DNA of 62,747 bases, filler included, from Chiloscyllium plagiosum (Eukaryota), in NCBI RefSeq assembly GCF_004010195.1. It is 4 parts of one record of this genome, joined end to end, with 100 filler letters (N's around TTAATTAATTAA, not from the genome) between each part and the next. Parts side by side here need not be neighbours in the genome. Positions count along the whole stretch, not along the records: positions 52,774 to 62,747 come from NC_057710.1; 3 more parts are not named here. One strand, written 5' to 3'. Under the pieces are notes generated by a model that ran no database searches, was not told the origin of the DNA, and saw nothing but the letters and a program-made list of their open reading frames with translations. Shown here in pieces: positions 52,674-62,747 of the stretch (position 1 is the first letter of the stretch; each line of letters begins with the position of its first letter). Position numbers and translations under genes: made by a program.

Positions 52674-52773
52674 NNNNNNNNNNNNNNNNNNNNNNNNNNN
52701 NNNNNNNNNNNNNNNNNTTAATTAATTAANNNNNNNNNNNNNNNNNNNNNNNNNNNNNNNNNNNNNNNNNNNN
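52674..52773. other. Scaffolding gap 44N-TTAATTAATTAA-44N
   Basis: Seen directly. Confidence 0.97.
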
Positions 52774-53734
52774 GCACTGTCCTCACCATGTGCTTCCTTT
52801 GTCTGCTCTTCTCCCTTTTAAACTGCTGTTGTTTTGACTTTTTTTTTCCCCAAAGTTCCAAAACAATGCAACAGCATGTAAATCAGTAATTGCTGCTCCT
52901 GGAATTCGAGGAAATCGCCTCCAACACCTAAAATACCTCAAATAAAGGATCAGCTCTTACAGCCAGAAGTTTTTCCCGTCCTCCATCTTGGATTACCAAT
53001 TAGTATTAAAGGTATTACAATTGAGATAAAGTAACTGCAAAAGACATTGGGGAGGAGCTGGCCAGAGTAGATTAGAAAGAGAGCCTAGCAGGGAAGACGG
53101 TGGAGCAGCAATGGTGGGAGTTCTTGGGGGTGATTCAGGAGGCACAGCAGAAATTCAACCCAAGGAAGGAGAACCATATTAAGGAGAAGACAAGGTAACC
53201 GTGAATGACAAGGGAAGTCAGGGGCATCAGAAAAGCAAAAGAAAAAGCAAACAGATTAGTGGGAAGCCTTTAAAATCCAATGGAAGACAACGAGAAAAGC
53301 AGTAAGATGGGAGACCTAGGTCTCAGCTCCTCTCTCTGCAACTGGATCCTCAGCTTTCTGACCCACAGACTGCAATAAGTGAAGATAAATAACTGTACCT
53401 CCTCCACAATAACACCTCACTGGAGCCCCCACAAGGATGCGCCCTCAGCCCCCTACTGTACTCCCTGTACACCCACGACTGAGTTGCCAAATTCTAAATA
53501 AACACCATCTACAAGTTTGCTGATGACGCCATCGTAGTACGATAGATACTAAACAATGATGAGTCAAAATGGAGAAGCAAGATAGAGGGCTTGGTGATGT
53601 GGTGCAATGAAAGCAACCTCTCTCTCAACATTGGCAAAACTAAAGAACTGATCATTGACTTCAGAAAAAAAGGTGAAGAATAAGCCTCCATTTATATCAA
53701 CAGAACAGAGATTGAGAGGATGGGGACAATTAGT

Positions 53735-54046
53735 GGGCGGCACGGTGGCACAGTGGTTAGCACTGCTGCCTCACAGCGCCAGAGACCAGGGTTCAATTCC
53801 CGCCTCAGGCGACTGACTGTGTGGAGTTTGCACGTTCTCCCCGTGTCTGCGTGGGTTTCCTCCGGGTGCTCCGGTTTCCTCCCACAGTCCAAAGATGTGC
53901 AGGTCAGGTGAATTGGCCATGCTAAATTGCCCGTAGTGTCAGATAATGGGTAAATGTAGGGGTATGGGTGGGTTGCGCTTCAGCGGGGCGGTATGGACTT
54001 GTTGGGCCGAAGGGCCTGTTTCCATACTGTAAGTAATCTAATCTAA
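53735..54046 (+). mobile_element. HE1/V-type SINE, young
   Basis: A box GTGGCACAGTGG, B box GGTTCAATTCC and TAATC tail. Confidence 0.95.
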
Positions 54047-54376
54047 TTGGACGTAACTGACAACCTGTACTGGACTTCCTTATATAAATGCAACAGTCAA
54101 GAATGCACAACAACACCTCTTCTTCCTCAGGTGGCTCAGGAAATTTGGCAAGCACCTCACCAGCTATGCCTGCCTCTTCGTAGGATATGTGGAACAATCC
54201 ATCTTCCGCAACTACACTGGCCCCACCCCCCACCTTTTCCTCCGCTACATCGATGACTGTATCGGCGCCGCCTCGTGCTCCCACGAGGAAGTTGAACAGT
54301 TCATCCACTTCACCAACACCTTCCACCCCGACCTCAAATTCACCTGGACAGTCCCAGATTCCTCCCTCCCCTTCCT

Positions 54377-54806
54377 NNNNNNNNNNNNNNNNNNNNNNNN
54401 NNNNNNNNNNNNNNNNNNNNNNNNNNNNNNNNNNNNNNNNNNNNNNNNNNNNNNNNNNNNNNNNNNNNNNNNNNNNNNNNNNNNNNNNNNNNNNNNNNNN
54501 NNNNNNNNNNNNNNNNNNNNNNNNNNNNNNNNNNNNNNNNNNNNNNNNNNNNNNNNNNNNNNNNNNNNNNNNNNNNNNNNNNNNNNNNNNNNNNNNNNNN
54601 NNNNNNNNNNNNNNNNNNNNNNNNNNNNNNNNNNNNNNNNNNNNNNNNNNNNNNNNNNNNNNNNNNNNNNNNNNNNNNNNNNNNNNNNNNNNNNNNNNNN
54701 NNNNNNNNNNNNNNNNNNNNNNNNNNNNNNNNNNNNNNNNNNNNNNNNNNNNNNNNNNNNNNNNNNNNNNNNNNNNNNNNNNNNNNNNNNNNNNNNNNNN
54801 NNNNNN
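54377..54806. other. Assembly gap (430 N)
   Basis: N run. Confidence 1.
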
Positions 54807-55261
54807 AACAGGAGAATCGACGTTTCGGGCATTAGCCCTTCTGCAGGAATGAGGAAAGTTGGTCCAGTAGGCTAAGATAAAAGATAGGGAGGAGGGACTT
54901 GGGGGAGGGGCGTTGGAAATGTGATAGGTGGAAAGAGGTCAAGGTGAGGGTGATAGGTCAGACTGGGGTGGGGGCGGAGAGGTGGGGAAGAAGATTGCAG
55001 GTTAGGAAGGCGGTGCTGAGTTCGATGGATTTGACTGAGACAAGGTATTTCCCCTCCCCCCACCTTGTCTCAGTCAAATCCATCGAATTCAGCACCGCCT
55101 TCCTAACCTGCAATCTTCTTCCCGACCTCTCCGCCCCCACCCCAGTCTGACCTATCACCCTCACCTTGACCTCTTTCCACCTATCACATTTCCGACGCCC
55201 CTCCCCCAAGTCCCTCCTCCCTATCTTTTATCTTAGCCTGCTGGACCAACTTTCCTCATTC

Positions 55262-55289
55262 CTGAAGAAGGGCTTATGCCCGAAACGTC
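55262..55289 (+). ncRNA. Minimal hammerhead ribozyme motif, intact; mirror copy at 54819-54846 (-) reads CTGCAGA
   Basis: CTGAAGA-A-GGGC-TTAT-GCCC-GAAAC-GTC. Confidence 0.8.
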
Positions 55290-56193
55290 GATTCTCCTGT
55301 TCCCTAGATGCTGCCTGACCTGCTGCGCTTTTCCAGCAACACATTTCCATCTCTGATCTCCAGCATCTGCAGTCCTCACTTTCACCTCACCAACTTCTCC
55401 AGGTGCACCATTGAAAGAATACGGTCCAGGTGCATAACAGCCTGGTACATCAACAAGTGTGCCAGGACCATAAGAAACTAAAGAAAGTTGTGTGTGCAGC
55501 CTAGATCATTATGGAAGCCAATCTTCCATCCATGGACTCTGTTTACATGGCTCGCTACCACAAAGGCTGCCAACATCATCTAAGACCCTGGTAATGATCT
55601 CCGCCAGGCAGAAGATGCAGAAGCCTGAACACACTCACCAGCAAGTTCAGGAACAGCTTTTCCCTGCTTGTGATTAGACTGGGAAATCTCTAGCCTCAAA
55701 TAATGCTGATCTTGCTAATGTTGCTTAGTGCAGGCCCTGTGCAGTGTAACCTGTATGCTTCTAAGTCTTTTGATCTGTACATCCTTGCTTACTGTGACGT
55801 ACTGCTCGTAAACCAAGCTTTTCACTGTCCTTTGGGTACATGTGACAATAAATCAAATCAAATCAATTGAAGATAAAATTAGGGTAAATTAGCTGGTAAT
55901 AGAAAAGAAGATTGCAAGAGTTTTTTTAAAAAAGATATAACAAGTTAAAGAGAAGCAAGAATAGGCATTGTACCACGGGAAAATGAGGCTGGAGAAGTTG
56001 TTACGGGGAACAAAGAAGTGGTGGAGGAAATGAATTGGCACTTTTATCAGTCTTCATGATAGCAGAACTTCGAGTGTCAGAGGAGAGTAGTGGCTATCAC
56101 TAAGGAGAAACTGAAAAGTCTGAAGCTGGATAAATCACCCAGATTGGATAGACTACTTACACTCTAGTTATGAAGCAGGTAACTGAGGAGATT

Positions 56194-57350
56194 AGAACAT
56201 GGGACATAGAAAAGTATAGCACAGAACAGGCCCTTTGGCCCACGATGTTGTGCTGAGATTTAATCCTAATGTAAAATATAGTAACTTAACCGACACACCC
56301 TCAACTCACTGCTATCCATGTGCATGTCCAGCAGTTGCTTAAATGTCCCCAATGTCTCTGCTTCCACCACCACAGCTAGCAATGCATTCCATGCGTTCAC
56401 AACTCTCTCTGCGTGAAGAACCTATCTCTGACGTCTCCTTTATACCTTCCTCCTAATATCTTCAAACTATGACTTCTCATACCAGTCAATCCTGCCCTGG
56501 GGACAAGTCTCTGGATATTGATTCTATCTATTCCTCTCATTATTTTGTATACCTCGATCAGGTCTCCTCTCTTCCTTTTTCTTTAGAGAGAAAAGTCCGA
56601 GCTTATTCAACCTCACTTCGTAAGGCAAGCCCTCCAGTCCAAGCAGCATTCTGGTAAACATTCTTTGCACTCTCTCCAAAGCCTCTGTATCTTTCCGATA
56701 GTAGGGTGACCAGAACTGGACTCAATGTTCTAAGTGTGGTCTCACCAGGGACTTGGAGAGCTGCAGCAAAACCTTGCGGCTCTTAAACTCGATCCCCCTG
56801 TTAATGAAAGTCAAAACACCATAAGCTTTTTTAACAACCATATCCACTTGGGTGGCAACTTTGAGGGCTCTATGCACTTTTGCACCCAGATCCCTCTGTT
56901 CCTCCACACTGCCAAGAATCCTGTCTCTAATCCTATATTCAGCATTTGAGTTTGACCTTCCAAAATGCATCACTTCTCATTTATCCTGGTTGAACTCCAC
57001 CTGCCATTTCTCAGCACAGCTCTGTATCCTCTCTGTCGAACTGCAGCCTACAGTTGCCCTCTATACTATTGACGACACCTCCAACCTTTGTGTCATCTGC
57101 AAATTTACTAACCCACCTCTCAAACTCCTCATCCAAGTCATTTATGAAAACTACAAAGAGCAGAGGCCCAAGAACAGAGCCCTGCGGGACCCCATTCAAC
57201 AATGTCCTCCAGGCAGAATACTTTACATCTACAACCACTCACTGCCTTCTGTCAGCCAGCCAATTCTGAATCCAGACAGCCAAATCTTCCTGTATCCCCT
57301 ACCTCCTGACTTTCTAAATGAGCCTACCATGGGGAGCCCTGTCAAATGCA
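56194..57350 (-). mobile_element. CR1 RT-to-3' fragment nested antisense in the older CR1
   Basis: GVPQGSVLGPLLFVVFINDLD and SKFADDTK motifs. Confidence 0.92.
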
Positions 57351-58529
57351 TCGGTGGCATGTAGAGACATTGGTGGAGATCTTTCAGGAATCACTGGAGT
57401 CAGGGAGGACTGGAAAAAGGGGTCTTATATTAGCCAGTTAGAGAAGAGAATGAGGCAGAAGATTGGAATCTGTAGGCCAGTTAGCCTGACCTTGGTTGTT
57501 AGTAAGATGTTTGAGTCCATTATTAAGGTTGAGCTTCCAGAAAGATGCAGAGGAAAACATAGGGTAAAGAAAAAAGATGAGGACCGTGAAAGAAATTGAG
57601 GGCTATCAGCATCTGGTGGGAAATTGATGTTGCGGCTGGGCATATGTGATCATTTTAAGGACAGGTAGCATTGAGGAAGTGAGGAGGGTGCTGCAGAAGG
57701 ATTTGGACATGCTCGGAGAATAGGCAAAAAAGTGGCAGCTGGAATACCATGTGAGAAAGTGTGAGCTTATGCACTTTGGTAGGAAGGATAGACCCATAGG
57801 CTATTATCTAAATAGGGAAAGGCTTCAGAATTCTGGAGTACAAAGGAGTCCGAGTTCAGGATTCTGTTAAGCATAACAGGGTTCAGTTGGCAGTTCGGAA
57901 AACAAATGAAATGTTAGCATTCATTTCAAGAGGGCTAGGCTACAAGAGCAGGGATGAACTGCTGAAGCTCTGTAAGGCTTTGGTCAGACCCACATTTGTG
58001 AGCAGTTTTTGGGCCACCTATCCAAGGAAGATGTGCTGGCATTAGAGGGGGTCCAGAAGAGGTTTACAAGAATGATCCTGGGGTTGAAGGGCTTATAATA
58101 TGAGAAGTTGAGGACTCTGGGTCTGTACTAGAGTTGAGAAGATGAGGGAGGAATCTCAGAATACTGAGAGGCCTGGATAGAGTCAACCTGGAGAAGATGT
58201 CTCCACTAGTAGGAGAGAATAGGACCCAAGGGCACCGTCTCAGATTGAAGAATTGACCCTTCAGAATTGAGATGAGGAATTTCTTCAGCCAGAAAGTGAT
58301 TAATGTGTGGAACTTGTTGCCGCAGAGGGCTATGGTGGCCAAGTATTAAGTGTATTCAAGACTGTCTTAGGTAGGCTCTTGATTAGGTGGGGATCAAATG
58401 TTATTGGGGAGAAGACTGGAGAATGGGGATGAGAAACATATCAGGTATGATTGAGTGGTGGAGCAGACTCGATGAGCCGAACGGCCAGAGTGTACTCCTA
58501 ATTTTATGGACTGTATATAATTTCATGAA

Positions 58530-59065
58530 GTTAAAAATCACATGAAACTAGGTTATAATTTAACAGATTTATTTGGAAGTACTAACTTTCGGAGTGGTGC
58601 TCCTTTGTCATGTGGGCGGCACGGTGGCACAGTGGTTAGCACTGCCGCCTCGCAGCGCCAGAGACCCGGGTTCAATTCCCGACTCAGGCGACTGACTGTG
58701 TGGAGTTTGCACGTTCTCCCCGTGTCTGCGTGGGTTTCCTCCGGGTGCTCCGGTTTCCTCCCACAGTCCAAAGATGTGCAAGTCAGGTGAATTGGCCATG
58801 CTAAATTGCCCGTAGTGTTAGGTATAGGGGTAAATGTAGGGGTATGGGTGGGTTGCGCTTCGGCGGGTCGGTGTGGACTTGTTGGGCCGAAGGGCCTGTT
58901 TCCATACTGTAATGTAATGTAATCTAATCTAATCTAATGTAGCTACTTGACGAAGGAACAGTGCTCTGAAAGCTCGTACTTTGAAACAAACCTGTTAGAC
59001 TATAACCTGGTGTTGTTTGATTTTTAACTTTGTCCACCCCAGTCCAACACCAGCATCTCCTCACC
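58530..59065. mobile_element. Palindromic family-3 PLE insertion with two decayed HHRs
   Basis: 13-bp TSD ATAATTTCATGAA at 58517-58529 and 59066-59078; right HHR TTGACGA-AGGAACAGTGCTCT-GAAAG-CTC at 58947-58975. Confidence 0.8.
58614..58940 (+). mobile_element. HE1/V-type SINE, young
   Basis: Full length with A and B boxes and (TAATG)(TAATC)n tail. Confidence 0.95.
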
Positions 59066-59269
59066 ATAATTTCATGAATACAGTTCTACCTATTTACTCA
59101 TGGTATGTGATTGATATTGTGAATGTATCAAACTGGCTTTGTTAAATAATAGTTTTCTTGATCAAATTATCATTTGCTATATAATATGCCAACTCATGGA
59201 CGTGTCTGTGGCCAAATTGTAGAATATTGACAGCATGAAAAAAAATGCCCGTGTTTATGCCCATGGCCG

Positions 59270-59700
59270 TAAAACATAGGAGCAGAATTTGGCCATTCAG
59301 CCCATCTAGTCTGCTCCACCATTTGATCATTGATGTCACATGTTTCTTAGCCCCATTCTCCTACCTTCTCTCTGTAATCCCTGAGTGCCTTATCAATGAA
59401 GAACCCATCTTCAATAGCCTCGAACCTCCCTGCTTCCTCAACAATATCTTTCCCTCGACCTATCTTAATTTCCTCTGCAAACTTAGCAAACAATGCCCTC
59501 TGTTCCTCTGCGCAGATTGTTAATTATAATATGAACCAATACACTGTGTGCGGTCCCAACACTGATTCTGCCAGAACTCCAAGAGCCCCTGGCTGTCAGC
59601 ATGAAAAAGACCGCTTTATCTCTACCTTCTGCCATTTGGCAGGTCTTCTATTTATGCCAGTACCTTGCCCCAATACCTACCAGTTCTACAAGTCTTTCTT
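59270..59700 (-). mobile_element. Old CR1 remnant
   Basis: GGCCATTCAGCCC 3' UTR and TCTGCAAACTTAGC (AKFA) segment. Confidence 0.6.
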
Positions 59701-59904
59701 ATTCCAACCTAGGGTATGATGTCTCAAATGTTGGAGCAACTGCTGAGGCTAGCTATCTTATGCTGCTACTTTGCAATAAACGTTCCACTATTTTCCACAA
59801 ACCAGATTCTCCTGTTCTTTGTCGTCAAAAGGTGCTTGTCCACCTTTTTAGTTTGAGGATAGAGTTATGGAGACTGCCAATTCTTCCTGCATTCTCATGG
59901 CAAC

Positions 59905-60239
59905 ATCCTGATCAATCAAAGTCTGCATGCTTGGCTGAATTTAGTCAGAGCACCCCACCCAGATCCAGCCTCCTTAGCTATCCCCGTAACCCTGCATTTA
60001 CCATGGTTGTTCCATCCATTGTGCACATTGCTAGTCACTACAGACAATTTAGCACAGCCAATCCACCAAATTTGCACACGTTCGGATTGTGCGAGGAACC
60101 TGGAATACCTGGTGGAAACCGACACAGACAAGGAAAGAATGTGCAAACTCCACATTGCCAGTCTTGGTTGACTGTTTTCGAACCCAGGTCCCTGGCAATA
60201 TGAGGCAGCAGTGCAAACCACTGAGCTACTGTGCTGCCC
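59905..60239 (-). mobile_element. Diverged HE1/V-type SINE
   Basis: GGGCAGCACAGTAGCTCAGTGG head and V-core on the minus strand. Confidence 0.8.
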
Positions 60240-61469
60240 TAATTCCCTTGCCGAATTTTGTTTCTTGTGTTCCCATCCTGATGTGTCCCAAACAGAGATC
60301 TTCAGTTCTATGTCTCTTTTTAGCAATATTGAACATGAATATGATCATTGTCAATTAATATTCCGTTCTCGGGAACGGGCATGATAGACTTTATAAGAGA
60401 CTTTTCTGCTGAAATTCCATTCTGATCGAATTGTGGTTTTCTGATTCAAGCAACCTAAGTTGATGTCCACTTTATTTGGTTGAAGACAGTGAAGAAAGCA
60501 ATGTATTAATTTTCTATTTCAGTATCCTTTGTGTTGACTCCAATCAACATGGAGAGTTTGATAATGTATGTGTCTCTAAAGATATTGCTGCACATTGATT
60601 CTTTGCTCTTGCCAGACTGCAGATTATGTGTGCACTGATGTAAATCTAATTGGACCACAATGTATGTCGCTATATAAGGGTTCAAGAATAATAAAGAAGA
60701 TGCTTAGGTTGGATAATCTAACATTCAAATACTTTTCGAAGCTGTGCTTGTATTATGAAAATGTAGATGCGGACAGAATCTATAAAATTAAGCTGTTGCC
60801 TAATGTGGTGGTTTGATTGCGTCTTGATTGAAAAAGGCCTGCTTATGATTGAAATAGATCTCATTTAACCATAACGATTGAATGCTAATTATCATATTGA
60901 GTTCAACATCAGGAGTTTACATTGTGTTTTCAATTTGATGAAATGTCCCAAGCTGCTTCAGAGGAACATATGAAACTACATATAGTGCCAAACCACATAT
61001 GTCAGATGGCCAAAAGCTTGGTCATAGATTCATCTTGTAGAAGGTAATGGTTTTGCAAGAATTAATGTTGAAGTTTTATTAAGCTTCATCCAACCTAATG
61101 TCTTTGGGTGGAGAAGAAGCAATCTAACATGAAGTCCTGCAAATACATCAAATATAATACAAATATGTCATGCCTGTCTCTTGATAGTCTTTTGTAGTTG
61201 GGCCTGAATTTGTCATCGTAACTTGTACATATAGCCATCGTGCAGTAAAGTACGTCTTGTGTAAGACAAATGCCTGTTCTCATCCTATTGCGAAGTTGGT
61301 CGACCTATTGACTCAGCAAGAAACATTCATTTTTGTTACAGTGCTCACTCGGGGCTGTCTACGTTAATTTTATTCATTTGATTGTTTGAAGTGGGTGTAG
61401 GGGAAATTTCTGGCAGTACTCTACAATAACCCCAAGCCACTTGTACTACTGTATATGACATATGAAAAC

Positions 61470-62060
61470 CAGACGTGAGGCCTTCAGCTCAGGAGACCTA
61501 CTCAAATATAAGGAATCCAAGCAGAGCCATTAAGACAGCCAAGGACAATTACCGATCCAGACAGACACCTGGTGACTATGGCAAGGACTGAAATGGCATC
61601 ACAGGGTCTAAAAAGAGACAGTGCAAGATAGCAGATGATGACACATCCTTCCCAGATCGTCACAATGCCTTATAGGCTCGCTTTGAGCAGAATTTCAGTG
61701 GAGAGGTAACACCTATTCTGACAAGTCCTGACAAACCTATCCCAACAGTCAGTGCATCAGAGGTCAGATCAGTTTTCCTTTATGCGAATCCAAGGAAAGA
61801 GATGTGACCAGATGGAGTACCAGGCTGTGTGCTCAGAGCATGCACAGATCAACTGGCAGAGGTCTTCTGAGACATCTTCAACCTTTCCCTGTAGCAGACC
61901 ACTGCCTGCCTGTTTCAAGAGGGCAAACATTATCCCTCTGCCTAAGAAGGCTCATACAGCATGTCTTAATGACTACCGCCCAGTGGCCCTAACTTTGGTG
62001 GTCATGAAGTGTTTTGAAAGGCTGGTCATGGCATTAATCAACTCCAGCCTCCCCACTACT
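61470..62060 (+). mobile_element. Rex1/Babar-like LINE ORF2 fragment
   Basis: [35 protein letters not shown]. Confidence 0.85.
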
Positions 62061-62747
62061 CGTATGTCTGGCTTGGAAAAGTGTGGAAAGTGTGAGCACG
62101 TTCAGCAACTGACAGAGCATATCGCAGCACTGATGAAAGAACTCGAGGACCTTGGGCCCATCCGAGAGAACGAGATCTTTCTGGACAAGACCTTCAGCGA
62201 GGTTATTACACCAATCGTATCAGAAGAGAGCCGAAGAGAGCAGACGATGAGGAAGGCAGAGATGAGACAGGTGCAAGAGACCCCGGGGGAAGTACCTGTC
62301 AGGAACAAGTTGAATCTTTTGGAAACAGTAGAGACAGATGACACTGCCAGTCCGCGAGGCGGCCAGGTCTGTCAATCAAATGTTGGCGCGGAGACAGAGC
62401 AGAAGAGTCAGACATCGCACAGAGCCGTGGTAATAGGGGACTCCATAGTGAGAGGAACTGACCGGGGTTTTTGTGGCAGCAGGCAGGACTTCAGGATGGT
62501 GTGTTGCCTTCCTGGTGCCAGGGTTAAGGACATCACAGACAGAGTGCAGGAAATCCTCAAGGACGAAGGTGAAGAGCCAGAGGTAGTGGTACATGTGGCA
62601 CAAATGATGTCGGGAAGAAGAGGAGGAGCATACTACAGCGGGACTTTGGAGAACTAGGGAGAAGGCTGAAAAGCAGGACGTCCAGGGTGGTTATCTCCGG
62701 TTTGCTTCCAGTTCCTCGGGCTGGTGAGGCCAGAAACAGGGAGATAA
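62061..62747 (+). mobile_element. CR1 ORF1 fragment (CxxC, coiled coil, SGNH-like esterase)
   Basis: [23 protein letters not shown] and EVVVHV motifs; frameshift near 62600. Confidence 0.88.

Larger units (their letters stand above)
54163..55382 (+). mobile_element. Penelope-like element: RT fragment, gap and inverted terminal repeats with hammerheads
   Basis: YACLFVGYVE..FLRYIDD..FHPDLKFT; TSD CACCTCACCA at 54153-54162 and 55383-55392. Confidence 0.9.
53310..55866 (+). mobile_element. Rex1/Babar-like LINE RT-to-3' fragment hosting a SINE and a PLE
   Basis: LCNWILSFLT, PQGCALSPLLYSLYTHD, YKFADD and KTKELIIDFRK motifs; AATAAA-(TCAAA)n tail. Confidence 0.85.
53000..58515 (+). mobile_element. 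Old CR1 ORF2 split into about 53000-53310, 55867-56193 and 57351-58515
   Basis: Colinear motifs LKLDKSP, CRPVSLTLVVSKMFESIIK and KRFTRM, then the 3' UTR. Confidence 0.75.

Noticed and set aside
53735..53810. tRNA gene-like A and B boxes, also present in other copies
   Set aside because: These are SINE heads continuing into the V-core and a LINE-like tail.
54187..54875. ORFs of 195-228 aa, and the 283-aa ORF at 28740-29591
   Set aside because: Lengths are inflated by N gaps; the real parts are PLE or CR1 RT fragments.

Overview
Repeat-dominated eukaryotic DNA, most likely a shark or other elasmobranch (inferred from HE1/V-type SINEs and HER1/CR1 LINEs). Three clear + strand coding exons (44107-44254, 45245-45493, 49122-49342) splice in frame and match WDR7 (rabconnectin-3 beta), so most of the window is probably intronic. 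The rest is nested CR1, Rex1/Babar and L2-like LINE fragments, SINEs, Gypsy LTR/gag remnants, two MITE-like elements, a 34-bp minisatellite and five assembly gaps, three of which hold an artificial TTAATTAATTAA spacer. The most notable signal is about 13 minimal hammerhead-ribozyme (HHR) motifs (CTGANGA-stem II-GAAA-palindromic stem III) in three sequence families of short Penelope-like-element (PLE) derived insertions, often inverted and TSD-flanked. One of them (24819-25533) has two intact same-strand hammerheads bracketing unrelated cargo, resembling a retrozyme. A speculative two-exon antisense ORF lies at 12104-13017. All calls are by eye with no database searches, and repeat boundaries are approximate.
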